Positions 48,965-63,734 of a stretch of DNA of 64,000 nt are shown in pieces. Numbering within the stretch: the first letter of the stretch is position 1; every line of letters starts with the position of its first letter. Under the pieces are notes generated by a model, which made no database searches, was not told the origin of the DNA, and saw only the letters and a program-made list of their open reading frames with translations. This stretch comes from Marsupella aquatica (taxonomy: Eukaryota; Plantae; Marchantiophyta), in the NCBI GenBank assembly GCA_973895155.1, contig OZ316891.1, positions 20,348,169 through 20,412,168 of the forward strand, given 5' to 3'. The position numbers were made by a program, and so were the translations under genes.

Positions 48965-50506
48965 TTTCTCTTCACGCGCTCTAGGGGTGCAACTATTCCC
49001 GATTGATGTCCAAATCCACAGAGGGATTATAATTGAGTTTGAAAGTCAGGCCACTACAAAAAGGAAAGAGGCAGCAGGTACAAAGCAGCAGAGCCATCAA
49101 AGGGGAAAAATGATATAACAAAGAAACGTAAGAGGACTGGAGTATTTAAATTGCATTACTTTTCGCTGTCGCTTGAAGGAATTTATTGACGTGGGCTTGA
49201 TCCCCCAAACGAAATCGATTTTGCACCACTTTTCGATGAGGTGATCGATCTTGCTCAAGATACCACGTTCGCACCATTTCTAACTTGAAATCTTCGCGAT
49301 TCAGTTAACACGAAGGGCTCATGACATGCAAGATGGCTCTACACGAGAAACTCAAGTCGCCGATTTCGTATTCGTATTCGTATTCTACGTTTGAGAACCT
49401 GATTGAGCTCATATTCATCAAAATCCTATCTGCAGTCTCATTGTGTACGCCGACTTCTTTCTATATGCAAACATCATGTTTGGTGGCGGTGAATTGCCCG
49501 CCCATCCGTGAGGATCTAGTTGGTCGGCGGACTACGTAGCAATTCTACTGTTTCTCTTACTTATCAGATCTTTCTGTAGTCGGTATTGTACTTCTAGCTG
49601 TCCCGATACTTATTGCTGTAGAATCTATCATGCGTGGATCCTTATTGGTGTAGAATCTATCAAGTGATGGGAATGACTCGTATGAAGAGTGTGTGAGAAT
49701 TGTAAGAGGGGATGGGCGATTCACCTTAATTTCTTACAGCTAAATCACAATGTACAATAGTTAGGCGCGTGCGCGAATATTTGGATCTTCTGTACTATGT
49801 CGTTTCGTCTAATTACGTGCAAAATAATGTACAAATCTGAGATGTCTGGTCTCAGATACTTGGCAAAGAATCCATTTTTTCGTAACTTAAAGCCTCTATC
49901 GCTCGAGGGCATTTGATATGCAAGGTAACGGATTGTCGTTTGGGCCACATCAATTACAATGCTCGTGCCCTACTAGTCCATCGTGGCAATGTAATTCTGT
50001 GGAATGACCAAGAAATTGAAGAACTGATATGCCCCATCGATACTGCATTCTTCGCCGGTCGAATTCTGAAGTTGTGACTCACTAGTCTTTAACTACATAT
50101 ATTACATACGCCCCCTAGCTATTTGATCTAAATTACAGGAGGCTGCGTTCTCTCTTGGGTTCATCCTTGCGGTGATCAGAGAGACCCGTCAGAGAAACAC
50201 CAGATTACAGGACGCAGCCTTAACCTGTGTGTGGTGTGTTGTGGGTGTGGGCTACCTACCTAGTTGCTAGGATTAGTTGATGACCAATTCTTTGCTAATT
50301 ATCCTCTTGAGCTCCGTGTGATGTACATCAGACGATTTGTCGAATACTCCAGAGTTCATGCCAACACCAATGAATGCTACAATTGGGGAGCTAATCTACC
50401 TAGGACATAGATAGAGACCAACTGACGTGTGAGCTCTAAAACAACACAGCGAGCACAATTTGCCGCTAGATCGGAGGGAGGGGGAATGACTGGCCTTACT
50501 TTAAGG

Positions 50507-53500
50507 CTAGCAGTTCACGCCGCAACTTTCCAACTTGGGCCCAACTGTTTGTTTTAAAAAAGGATCTATACGCACCCACAGGAGGGAAAAAATGGATGCA
50601 AGAAGAACTGACCAAACCACGACAATGGTAGGAGTCCTATTTTGACGTCCCATCAGACCTTTCAGGAATGGGTACAAGTGCACGATGACCCAGAAAGCAA
50701 AGAAAAGTTTGCCGAAAAGAGGACCCCACGATTGGTAACCGTTGTTGATGGCATCCGAAATCCCTGCGACAACGCCGACCAGATTGACCACGAGCAACGT
50801 GGTGGGTGGGATTAACAACGCCGTCCACTTGATGGCATACAATTCTCCGAAGTTCTCATCCTCGCCAGCTTTGGTAGTCACAGTGAAGTTTGTTTCCACT
50901 CCTGCCAGCACCTTGAGTATCCCTTGGAAAAGAGCGAACAGATGGGATGAAACACCTCCAATCACCCAAAATTGCTCATTCCGCCACCACTCGTCCATTC
51001 CTACGTGACTCCATCGCATCTCCAGTATGCCAGTCGCAAAAATTGAAAGAAACAACGATATAAACCAAAAACTTTCGAAGTTGCTTATCTGCAATGCATG
51101 CCAGAATCACAACCATGAATTAGAAATATTACATGTCATTACCAGGCTACAGTTACACTACGGGGCCTCAACATGATCAGTCTAGCCTGTAACTAGGTCT
51201 GAGTTCAGCATAAGTTTTGGAGAGACGAGAACGTTAAGAGGCTCAAGAGCAAAGGTGTCCATAAAAAATATACTCGTCATTGTGTGATATGACTGCATGG
51301 ATAGAAACAATCCAGTAATTACAACTCAAAAATCTGACAACTGTTTATATCTCTGGTACTGCGTACGAAATCGCCAAGTTTCAATCGCTTCAGGTTACAG
51401 AAATTACCGAAATACTCGACTGGAACCAGAACTAAACACTGGATGTTTCTCATGCTCGTATCACATTCTGAAGCAGTTCAAATCATGTTTTACCTCAGAG
51501 AGACGAGTACTGGCTATCACTTTCATGAAGGTTACGTGACGACGCTTTTACGCGGGAGACTCTAATGTGAAGTTCTTACCTTGTTTATCGGTTTTTGTAT
51601 GCATTTCCATTATTCACATCAAGCTTTCTAGAGGTCCCGGAGAGAGGAGAGGGCACTAGAGGGGTCTGAGAAGCATACCGTCGGAATGATGAATTTCCCC
51701 GTGAGTAGACAGACTGCTGGAAGGCTACAATACGCCACAAGGGGTAACGATGTCAAAGGATATACAGTTGTGTTTATGTAGGCCAGTCTTTCCAAGCATT
51801 TGAGCCGTCCTCCCCCATATCCATACCAAAGTGGACAATGTCGGCTCAGTAAAATCTCTACCGATCCCAGAGCCCAGCGCAAGACTTGATGCAGACGATC
51901 TGTCAAATTGATGGGCGCAGAGCCCTTGAATGCCGCCCGTGGGGGCATGCAGTAGATAGAACGCCAGCCTCGACAGTGCATCTTGAAGCCAGTGAGAATA
52001 TCCTCTGTTACCGAACCGTATATCCATCCAATCTGGGACAACGCATGCGCACAAGGTGTCAGTCCCTGTTACTCATAGCCATGACAAGAGAAGGTCAGTC
52101 AAGCTGGGTTTCTTCGGAGAATGATCTTGAACTCACCTCCTTTCCCCAATCTGTCTTGTCTTCGTAACCACAGCTGATTACATGGATGGCTTCCTTGAGC
52201 ATTGAACTTGGGTTGGCAGCCATCGCCACACCTCCTTTCTCCTGCTGCGAGGACTGAATGAAAACTGGAGACTGTCCAAATCTCTTCTCCATAGATTTCA
52301 TAGACCTCGAGATCAGATTCAATTCTTCACCTGCGAGAAGCCCAAAAACACTTTTGTAAGACCACAACTCAAGTAGCAATCGTCAGCGGGAAATAACATG
52401 CAGGCAGATTCTGTCTCTTAGAGGACGCAAGCGGGCAGGGTAGCTTGGCTACAGCAATCAACGTACTCTCTACGCCTTCCTCGATGTCTTCCAAGGTGAA
52501 CGCTGAGGCAGCTGTTTCACTCCGTATCTTGCTATTGTTCCTGAAGTTGACAGTCTTCTTCGCTGAGCGTTTCGGTGTTGCTATGTCCCTGCCTGGCTTG
52601 CGAGGACCACAACACCATTCCACACACGCGGAATTTTTGCCTTCCTTGGGGGATTTAGGAGGTGGATAATAACCATACACAGCCTGCCTTCTAAAAACAC
52701 ACCCTGTGCCGACGTACACAGGACCCTGAACTCCATCAAGACCTTTCATGTTGATCTGCGAAAAGGATAGGCAACAATTTAAAAAGGATTTCTCTAGAGA
52801 ATTTGAGATGATTCCTTAGCAGGGAGACCGACGAAAAGCAAGCAAGTCACCAACGGTAAGGGCCTCCAAGGTGAGCAATCTAGTTGTTGGGCATCTGCGA
52901 AACTTACATCAAAGAAGACCGTATTGTGATTGGCATATCGATCATTTCGATCAATACCATCAAATCTCTGTGGAAACTGGACGTAGCAGATTCCTTTCCC
53001 AGCAGCCGGATCCATCAGGAAGCACATTGCTTCTCTGAGCGCTTTACTGTTGTTGACGTAATGATCACAGTCAAGATTAAGAATGTAGGGGGCATTCGTG
53101 AGGACTGCAGATACACGCACCTGTGCGTGGTAATTCAAGTTTACAAGTTAGTAGAAACACACTGAACCGCAGAAGGGAGAAATCAGAACAAATACAACAT
53201 TGCAGCGGCAGAAGGGGCAGTTCTCACTCACCAAAGCGTTCATTGCCCCAGCCTTCTTATGATGATTGAATCCGAGCCGCTTTTCTCGAGATACATAGAC
53301 AAGACGTGGGAGCTCATTACCCTCTACATCGCGGCTACCGCTGTGGCCCAAAAATACCTGCGGGAAGCAACATGCGTCAGCTTGCTCCCTAACAATAGTG
53401 ATCGCCCGGATCATGTCGCGGAAAATTAGTTCCACGTCCTCACCTGAATCATTGCTGGGTGATCACGGGGATTACATGCAGGCCAAGGCGTTCCGTCTAA

Positions 53501-56287
53501 CATTGACCATCCTTCGTCCGGCATCTTGAGAGATCTAGCTACAGCCGCATTGACACGAACCTTAAACTCCTCGTACTCCCGCTGCAAAACAGTTGGGCTT
53601 AGCACCATAAGAACGTTTCACAGTAGAAATACCCAGAAAAGAAGGAAAAGCAACAGGCTCCACTGTTGTTTCTCGTTCCCGGCCAACCGTCCTACACTAA
53701 CATATAATTGCAAAGAGCCATAACTCTTTTAAGTAAGGGTGATGCACTGGTCTCGAATACAAATGGTTTGTACAGTACCTTCATGGCCCTCCTTTCTTTG
53801 ACAAAAGTTGGTTGAATCTTGTCTTTCAAGTAGTCCAATTTTTGAGCGAAGTACACTTCAGGTGCGCGAGGTTCAATGTTGAATTTTTTGCAGAATGGTA
53901 CCCACTTCCGAGCGAATTCGGAGGTGTCTGCAAGAACCTCGAAAGTGAGCATGGCCGCGCCGTCATCAGATAGGTAGCAAGAAACCTTCGCCACAGGGTA
54001 GTCCACAGCGAGGATTGATAGAACAGTGTTGACCGTCACTAGAGGAGGTTCTTTTGTTGGGTCTACCGTGCTGACATACACGTCGACGGGAGTGAGCAGA
54101 GATGGTTGACCTGCCGGCTCAAATCTGCAACACAGCAATGCTGTATATCAATTAACGCGTTGAAATTGCTTCCTTCTACCTCTTTGGAGATCTAGTAAGC
54201 TTCCGCTGTTGTTGCTGCTTGTATAATGGACCTCATACAAGTATGGAGAAGTCCAATTACCTCGTTGTCAGTCTGTCAAGGTAAGTCTCACGGTTGACAG
54301 GAAGCCACTTAGGAAATTGATCCAGGATCCAGGAAATTGCAAACCATATCTCGCACACGACGGAAGTGAGCCATAAGCCATAGGCATCACGAACAGGATT
54401 CATAATGCGGTATCTGAAGAAAAAGCCTATGATGAGGAGTCGTAAGATAATTAAAATCCTATAAGGATTGATCAAGCTGGAAGCAATCGGATTTTTGCGT
54501 GACAGTGGCTGCTTGCCCTGATCCTTCCTGTCATTCACAAGCGGACCGTAGTAAGTCAAAACACTGGTCGCAATAGATTCCTGTGAGAAAATCCCCTCAC
54601 CACTTTTCTTACTCTAAACAGCAACATCAGGAAGAAAAACAAGAGCAAAGCAACAATTTGCTGTTGACATAACATAGGCAAGGAGTTTTTACAAGGGTAT
54701 TTCAGGCCCGCCGTCCTCATCAAAGCGTGGCAAAAAGAATTGGCCTCTATCTGACGTTTGCATCTGCATCTTTCCTTGCCTCTCTCTCCAACTTTCCACC
54801 CGATCCTTCCATGCTATGGAACGATGATTCACTTCATCTGCAGCGTCCATATTTATGGCGAATACTGCGAACAGAGAGCTGCTAATCAGAAGCTAAAGCT
54901 TGAACAGTAAATCGAAGCACAAACACCAACGGACATAGGAAACAGCAGCAGCGTAAGCTTCAGTTCTTCGCAGTTGAATTAACCACGGCCTTCATATGGC
55001 AAAAGGATACTTGTTTGGACATCCAACATCCTTGCTATGTATACCTGGAAGCGATCCTGCACTGTCGATACTGTCTGCACTGTAGGATGGATGGGCCCGC
55101 TTCCCTCCACCATTGTGTGCGGGTGGAACCATTAGAGCCCGCCGGTCTGGAGAGGGTCCGGGAGTGCCCAAAGCCTACAAAGCAAGGGTCCGAGTGAACA
55201 CAAAAATACGTGATTAGATACAGCTCGATTTTATTTGTCAGTGTACAAAACGACTCCAGTCTCTAACACAAGTTTTAGTTCTCGTATTTTGCGTCGTGAA
55301 GGATAAACCTTGTCAGAAAAACCCTGAAAGTTTTATTAACTACTTCCACCGCAAAATGCTTTACAGAAACACTCACCCCAGGGCCATTAGTCAGCAGGGG
55401 AACCTGCGGGGAGAACGGAATATTGTTACGGTCACACGGCGGATCTTCGTCGTTTGGGCGAGCGGACTGCATTTTTGCATGATGACTAGACTCAATGTAG
55501 TTTTGCCTTTCGTGGTCCACATAGTCAAACTCGTTCTCCAAGTCATCAATACCATCCTCCTCTTCGTCACCTTCGACTCGAGAGCACCCTGGGCAAGTAA
55601 GAAGAGTCAGCATTGTTCTACGACGATGAGAAAACGAAAATAAAAGCTCGATGTAGAGAAGAAATGAATCAGCCGACTTTTGTCCCCACCATATACATTC
55701 TGACGTCAGAGTGGAGACTTTGGGGGAGACATCACCAACTCTGGCACTGAAGTGCGAGAACACCATGTACCTCGGAGACGACGGTATCGAGTTTTGCAAT
55801 GTGGGCACGACTGAGTCCCTTCCTTCCGTTCGTAATTATAACACGGCCGGCACACTGGAAATGCGCATTCGTCACAGGCCACAAAAAATTCGTCGTCTGA
55901 GGCACTTTCAATATCATCACCACAGATAGCACATTCGCCGGCGTAGAGCTTAGTTGAGGGCCTAGGCTGCAACCGAATCAATCGCAACGGAACTGAGTGT
56001 CATCATTGAGAGAAAATCCTACAAGTCTACACCATTAAAACTCTACATACACACTGACACTAGATTGCGAGAGAGACATCTTAGCTTCCCACTAGGGTGG
56101 CACGGTGTCGGAAATATTAGTGGCACGGTGTTTGCGTGACCTGGAGTCATGAAGTAATTGGGTAAGAGGCAACAGCTGCGAAATGTGCATAGAGCAACAG
56201 GAAGACTCGAACCTCACTCTCCGCTCGAATTACGACTAATTCATCCTTGCGGTGCGAACCAGCGACGAGCCCTCCGTTGGCCTCCAT
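50507..56287 (-). CDS. CESA: Cellulose synthase catalytic subunit; 14 exons
   Basis: Exons (5'->3'): 56287-56213, 55966-55771, 55588-55377, 55174-55045, 54864-54693, 54527-54261, 54124-53779, 53581-53444, 53357-53232, 53120-52908, 52755-52467, 52330-52137, 52032-51679, 51088-50507. Start [16 protein letters not shown] zinc finger CAIC...CDEC...CRPC...CPHC, SDDG, DCD, TED, QVLRW, FTVTTK, and C-terminus CGVNC. Confidence 0.97.
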
Positions 56288-56290
56288 TCC

Positions 56291-56648
56291 CTGCATACAG
56301 TAGAGATTCCACGTGAATTACAAAATAAAAAGCTCGAGCAGAGGGAACTCTACCAACTAAGTTCCTCATTTTGTACACCCATTTTTGTCAGCTGGTTAGA
56401 CTGTTACGAGACAAGAGATGTAAATGCTAGGCAAGTGTCATTGCAGATCATTACGAGCTCCTCCCGCCCAACAGAGCACGAACAGTGCCACATACTACCG
56501 GCAGGAATGAACTATAACGTCATCCACGGACATCTAATGAGGCCATGAGACCATTGTCCTGTTACTTCCTAAAGTCCATAATAATCACACTCACTCAGGA
56601 TTCAACAGAGTGAAGAATACAAATAGTTACGCTTTTCTTCGATTCTAC
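56291..56648 (-). other. Probable 5'-UTR intron of CESA
   Basis: Donor CAAG|GTAGAA at 56648 and acceptor TATGCAG| three nt before the ATG. Confidence 0.5.
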
Positions 56649-57470
56649 CTTGCTACAGCTTAGTCTCGCAGCATTCGAAGCTCCTCTTCAATTCCCGTGC
56701 TGCATCACGCCAAGGCCGAAACGGCCCCCCTCTCGGACATGAACACACGGCAATGCGCTACTTGCACGACACCGCAAACGACCAGTCTGCCTGCCTTGCC
56801 TGCCTGCTCACTCACTCACTCACTCACTGCATTTCATATCCTCATAAATTCAGTGCAACTCCAACATCAGAAGCCACGAAACGCCGAGGGATCAGCTGGG
56901 CAACAGGACCCAAACACGGCAAGCTTGTGCTTCAATCTCCCCTGCGCAGCAACTCCTGACTGCAACTCCAGCTGCGCCAATCTCATTCACGACTACGAGG
57001 TGCCCCGCACATTACGTGAGATTGAGATACACAGACATCCGGTGGCCTCAAGGTGCAACGCCGCAAGCCAGGAACACATCTGAGCGAGGCACCCAAAGAG
57101 CGTGCAATCCTCCCAAACAAGGAATCGACTCGAGCAGTGTGTCGGGTGGGAGGTCTACTTCCTCATCGCGAGCTATTATTAATCGACAATCAATCAATAA
57201 TCGATCAATCAGCTCGCTCTTCCTCTCCTCCCCTCCTCTCTCCTGTCCTCCTCGTCTCGTGGCGTCGATGAATTTCGACACACGAAGAATGCAGAGCAGA
57301 GCAGAGCAGAGCAGAGCCGAGAGAGAGGTGCGACGACGAGAAGAAGTCGAGCTTTCAAGTGAACTGAAGAGTGAGAACCGAAGATTGCAACAGAGAAAAG
57401 CAAACCGAAGCTTCGCTCATTTTGTTATACTTTTCTTCCTATTGTTGTCGTTGTCTCGTGAAGTTCGCTT

Positions 57471-57510
57471 CGGATTCCGGTTCGGATTCGGGCTCGGATT
57501 CCGGTTCGGT
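57471..57510. repeat. Hexamer microsatellite (TTCGGA/TTCCGG-like); a (CTACT)n tract also lies at about 57823-57850
   Basis: Directly visible simple repeats upstream of CESA. Confidence 0.7.
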
Positions 57511-60500
57511 GCAGGCGCGGAGCAGACCAACGACTTGGCGCCATTCGCAATCGCCTTCCATCGCGATTTGTTCCTCCCTTTCGTCCCGCCGTCGATTACT
57601 TTCGCCATCCACGCCGTCGGATTGTCTCCTCCTACAGTGTAACTGACTCTATCGGGTGGGACGGTGCGGTCTGGAGGAACGGCGGGCGTTTCCAGTTAGC
57701 GAGAAGATCGCGACGGTCGGCATTTGGGCGAAAGACGTTGAGGGAGCGCTCGTCGGGCGGTGGGCCCAACCACTACCCCCCATTCCCGTTTCACAGTCCC
57801 GTTCCGTTACCAGTTACCACGAACTACTCTACTCTACTCTACTCTACTCTTCCCTACTACTACTGTAGTCCTGACGCCGTGGCCGGCCTTGCGTCTGAGG
57901 TTCCTGACTTCTGACTTCTGACTGCCTGCATGCATTCCCGCGTCCAAGGTTATTTAGCGACGAGAGTCAATAATCTCGTGGCTAATCAATGCTACTTAGC
58001 ATTGATCGACTCAGCACGAGACATATACGGTGTATGTCATCATTCTATATTATGATAAATTTAATTATTTTGTTTCAATTAATAAAAATATATATTGTCA
58101 CATTTTGATGTGTAATTAGAGGTAAGGATGCTATTGGTGAGACCTCTTTGATTTCTTTAAATCAATGAGCGTGCGCACATTATATTGTCACATTTTGATG
58201 TGTGATTACAGGCATGGATGTGATTAGCGGGGTTGCTGCCAACCAGACTAGCATTGATTATTGTGTGCGATTGGAGATCTGATTATATAGGTTGTACTAT
58301 TTCACTCCTTAATATGACAAACCCAAATGTTTTGTTTGAATAGGTGAGTAATAGGTATTTGGTTGAGCAATAACTTGGATGCATTGCCCTATCCAAATAA
58401 TAGATTTAATATTAGGCTTGAGGTAGTCTAGCCGTGCTGTTAGGGAGGTAGATAATTAGTCCACGCTATAAGGGAAATTGTTGCCTGCCAATTGCCTGAC
58501 CCAAGTATCAGATTAAATATTGGGCATGAGATAGTTTGGTGTCAACTACCCCCAAAACTTAGTGGTAGAGCTGGTGAGTGGGGCAGATGCAGTCACTCCT
58601 TTAACACACATCCCATGCAAAAGTGGGGTTTAGACAAACCTCTATTTATTGTCACTACAAAAAACAAATTAATTGGGTACTCACTATTTATTATCACTTC
58701 CGAATTAACTTTGGCCAGTCTCTATGAGACTATATCTCTTTATCTATCCATCTAAACATTTTAATATGTAATCTATCTTTTTTGCTCTCATGATCTAATT
58801 ACAGAAGTGTCATTCTGGTGAGACAAAATGTCATTATGGTGACATTCTATCTGACTATGAGATGGACCTAAAAGTGTCATTATGTTCCTTTTCCATGTTC
58901 AACCGGAAATACATCATAATTATGAGTTTCATAGATAAACTAGTTTTTTAATAATAATTTATAATCTCAAGTCCATTTGGACGGATTTTTTATGCTAGAC
59001 CTACTTACTTTAAAAATTTGAAAAACTTCAAGATTCCCCACAACGTTGGATGAGTTTCGGGAGTGACAACTCCAGGTCACCCTGAGTACTTGTATTGCAA
59101 CTTGTGGTTTAAACTAATCAGATGAAAGAGAAGGGAAAATAAAAATGAAAAAGTGAATAAAGAGTGTTAGACGAATACACGAAGGGAGGGCACATTCCAG
59201 ACACGACAAATGGCAGGGAACCTACAGCTCCTCCGAAAAGGATAGGGCAGAGTATCGTTCTCGGCCTTTTTGCATTAATTAGAAAAAAACATCTGGTAAG
59301 AAAACGGCAACAAACACTGTGACTGTCGGAAACGAACAGGTATTACTATTTGAACCAGTGTGCATCAGAGCGGCAGCTTTTTCTGCGAGGCTAGAAATAA
59401 CAGTTTGGCACGTTGACCCCTCAGGCTGACACAAGAATGTCTATCAGATTCGAAATCTTGTAGAGAATAAACAAAGTTACCAGTGGATAACCAGTTCTAT
59501 TCTATACACAAATGGGGCATTTAACTTTACTTACAGTGTGCATGTTTTACAATTTTTTTCCAAAGGTGACATTAAACATGCATTTGACCAGTATTACTGT
59601 ATTAGGGAGTTTTTTTTGTTTTTTATCATTTTTATTTTTATGGAGAAATCTGTGAAACCCACTAAAAGTGAATTTTGAGTGGATTCGTCCACTTCTGTCC
59701 ATGCACTGGCCTCAGTCAATTAAAGGAGTTTGGGTTACCATGATATAGTGTATATAACCTCTTACACTTCCATATGATCTTCCATATGATGATGTTGTCA
59801 AGTTCTGAGAGTATTGTGACACTGTAAAATTCTTGTGTCTATCCGAGTGGAAGTGTCATCCGTTTGTATTCATCCAAGCTTCCACTTCAAATTACAGCTA
59901 GGCTCTAACCCCCACACAGATCTCAGTTTTTGTGTTACAGTTCTTTCCAGAAAAAGCTTATGAAACACAACAATATCAAATCTCCCTCAGTTTTTGTGCT
60001 AAAGTCCTTTCCAGAAAAAGCGTATCAAACACAACAATATAAAATCCCCCCAATTCTGAACGATTGCCTGTCAAATCCCCCCAATTCTGAACCATGGCCA
60101 TTTGCTGAAATATTATTTTTTCAACACTGTTTGATTGGCCAAAAATATCTCCCCCACCAGTCAGCCCCCATGTCATCCATGCCTCCCCCTCCATGTCCCT
60201 CGATCCCTCACTACATGCAACCACACAGGCATTGGGTTCATCTTTGGGGGATACATTTCTGGACAAGTCCTTAATCTATCTTTGTGGTCCATCCAGTGAT
60301 AAAATACTGGAAGGGCGTGATTAGGTCCTTTCCTGCAAGATTATGAACAGCATCATCCATCCAGCTTTTGCGTGTCCATCAATCCGAGCTTCCATTTCCA
60401 ATTCCATATCTTCTAGTTGAGATGGCACGATAGTTATGCACCTGTGTACCTAATGATCTGATCATTGATACAAATCCTGAAATAGTTGCATGTAGATTAG

Positions 60501-63500
60501 AGGGCTTTGGGGAATTTTAAATTGGCTTGACAAACGAAACACACACACCCATTCATTTGCCCCCCCTTCTGGAAATAACCATGAAGTCAATTCACGTAAT
60601 AAGTACACTAGTTAACGAATCTGTTGGGGCAGAAATTGAGAATGCTTGTGAATCTCTCTGGCCTGCCATCTCCTCTGAGTGCCATCTGCCAGAAATTGAG
60701 AATGAATTGAGAATGCAAGTGACAGGATGTAAATCTGTCTGTCCTGCCATCTCCTCTGTGTGATATATAATTCAGCACGGCCCCTCTTAAGACGGTTTCT
60801 GTATTGTTCTCTTCGTCAGTCGGGCGAAGGTGGTGGCAAGCTAGCAGCCTGTCAAGCATTTGGAGTCCAGTACATAATGGATGCAAGTTACTCAATGGGA
60901 ACGAAGCAGCAGCATCGTGTTTGAGTTTGGAAAGTTGCGAGCGAGCACCTCGATCCATTTCTTTGCAGATCTCACTTCTCGGTGCAGATCCATGAACGAA
61001 GAAGACTAGAGGAGGCAGACGAGGAAGGGCAGGGGCCTGCCTTGCAGCAGCGAAGACAGTCAGCTGACCTCCAGTCGCAGCAGCAGCAAAGGTTCTTCGA
61101 CAATTCGCACCGGATGACAATTCGAACTGGAAATGGCTCGGGAAACTGTTGAACCAATGACCATTTTTTGTGTGGCACTTTTGGATTCGGTCTTGTTCCG
61201 TCCTTGTTGTGGATTGCTTTGAGGATGCAGAGGATCCTTTTAATGGACTGGGTTACTATAGTAGCGTCCAAATTGGCAGCACGAGAACGTACAGTGGTCA
61301 TTGTAGACGTCTACCTGAGATTAGGCACACGTGCAATTGCTTTTTAGTCACGGAGCAAGTTCCCAAGGAACTGGTCTGTATGAAATTGTAACCTCACTTA
61401 ATTAAAAAGTACCGCATTTTCACGCATTCGGTTCCTCAATTATCTGAGATGGTATCAGATTACACAGAGATGGCTACAGTAGCTCCGAAGGTTGCCAAGC
61501 AAAACGCATACAATCATTATCCACGGTCTACGGTGAGTGAGGACTCTTCTTAGTACAGGCAGTACATCTCTCATTCCATTTCTAGTGTTACTCATTCGTG
61601 TTACAACAACCTTTCCCTACAGTCCACTTTTTGGAAATCACGTACAATCATTAACCACGATCTAAACTAGGGCAGCATTGATACAAGAACATGAAAATTG
61701 ATGAGTCCCGGACATTCATTACATTCTCACTTTTAAAGCTACGCCATACAAGGGATTTGACCATGACCTCAGGCTCCTAGTCTCATCATGTGCTAAACAT
61801 TTTTCCTTCTGATGGGCGACGGATAAATTCATAACTGATAAATTTACGGTGAGCCAATCATCCCATTGCAAAATCTAGTTGATTTTACTTCAAATTCATT
61901 GTACAGCAGGAAACATAATGAAATCAGTCATTGTAGCACAAACAGGTATGCTTCGGACAAACAAGTATGCTTCGGAAGGAAACTTGTTCCAGAATTTTTG
62001 AGACTTCAAAAGCGATAAGAGAATGGATTGATTGGTGTCCAGATCAAGGCTGACTACATGTAGTCTGTGCGCCAAAATCAAGGACTTCTAGATCGCATTT
62101 GCAATGCCATCATTTGTGTGCCTCCTGGGGAAACTCTACTGCGGAGATCAACAAGTCCGTCACCCTCGATTATAGTGTGATGGGCCAACAGATCTATCAT
62201 CGTCCCATATTGTGCCTAGTGCTCTTGAGGCCAGATCGCCAAGCCAAGCAAATTGGATGCCTGGCCTCGTCGGACAGCAAATCTTGATCTTGCAGTGTGT
62301 CCATTTCCAGTAGCGCTTCGTGGAATCTGCTTGTGAAATTATATATGTGAATCCTTCAAAGACAAGAAGCCTCTGGACATGGAAATTAAGCGAATTCCTA
62401 GAGAAACTTGGCTTCTTTGGTCCTAGAGAATGCTGGTCTTTTCCAGCGCCTTAAACTATGTGCTCGGAGGATTCAGTCTCGAGCTAAGTAAGGTATTGGG
62501 GTTTTAGGATTGAAGCAATCTTGCTAGTCATGCCAACTGTTCCACACTTTCACTTGTTCTGGCGAAAGGATGAACGGAGAGTAAAAGTACAGACTGTACT
62601 GGAGATTATGTCACAGAAACACGGCACGTACACGCAGAGAAGGTTCACAATGTGCTTTAAGACAACGAAATATATGCAACCTTATAATGTAGCGGCCTCG
62701 GACTACCAGTAGTGCATATCCACGGGTGTCTGAGGGCCCCTGGGCTGCCATGATACTTCCCTGAACCTTCCTCTGGTTATAGTCTCCACTATAAGAAGTT
62801 CCCCATGTTACCGAAGGAGGATGAAAATTCACAAGGTTTACTAGTGCTCTGCTTACTTCTGTAGATTGACCAGACCTTTGGTTGGCGAGAACCCCCTGCG
62901 ACGTAAGTCTGCAGCCCTTCGAGCAACAAGATGCTGGTCATAACATTGAAAGCGAGTGCACCTGGCGTTGAATCTTTTCATTCATAGAGCAACTAGTCGA
63001 CATACTCCCAGCCCGCTTCCATTGTAGGTGAATTTGCTAACTTATGTTGGAAAGCCCATCACAACGAAGGTTACTGTCCCCTGTCGAATGGATGTCCCTG
63101 ATTTCCTTCTAGGGGAAATGGAGATTTCTCAGCTCCTGGAATCTGATTAAAGCAGAAGAATTGCTGTGCATTTTAGTGGAACTCCATGAGTCTCTTTATC
63201 GGCAATGACCTCCAGGGTCGAAGGAATGAGACGACCTACGAAGGAGATTTCTGGTAATTCCATGAAGGAGCGTTAGTCAAAAGTCCTTTATGTTCTTCGT
63301 TTTTTATGCCACTCAGCACACCACATTCCTGGATCCTACGTATCACATCCAATTGCTTCTCCTGTTCTGCACATTATTGGCATACAACATCGTCCATCCA
63401 CCAAAATGAGAATCTGAACCAAATCAATGACATCCAAAAGCCTTGGACAGACCGGGAAACACCCATCCACGTCAAGTTCGGCCATACTGGTACGCACAAG

Positions 63501-63734
63501 TGAAGGAGACTGGGATCTGGGTCCCTTGCCCACGGAAGGCAGGACACCAGAGCTGTGTCGGCCACAGCGCAGCGAAAAGTCAACCACGCTATGCAAACGA
63601 AGCGAACTTTCTAGCCCTTCATTTCAGTACCAAATTAGACCTTTATCATTCCCGTAGCTCTTCCCGGCTACACGCCACCTGATTTTGAGATTACCTATTG
63701 GTCAATTGTCTTCAGACCCGGCACTCACCTCTCT

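Noticed and set aside
56697-57868. ORFs up to 208 aa upstream of CESA
   Set aside because: Built from microsatellite and low-complexity leader sequence, with no domain signal.
60608-61301. 170-aa and 109-aa minus-strand ORFs
   Set aside because: No recognisable motifs and overlapping frames; treated as non-coding.
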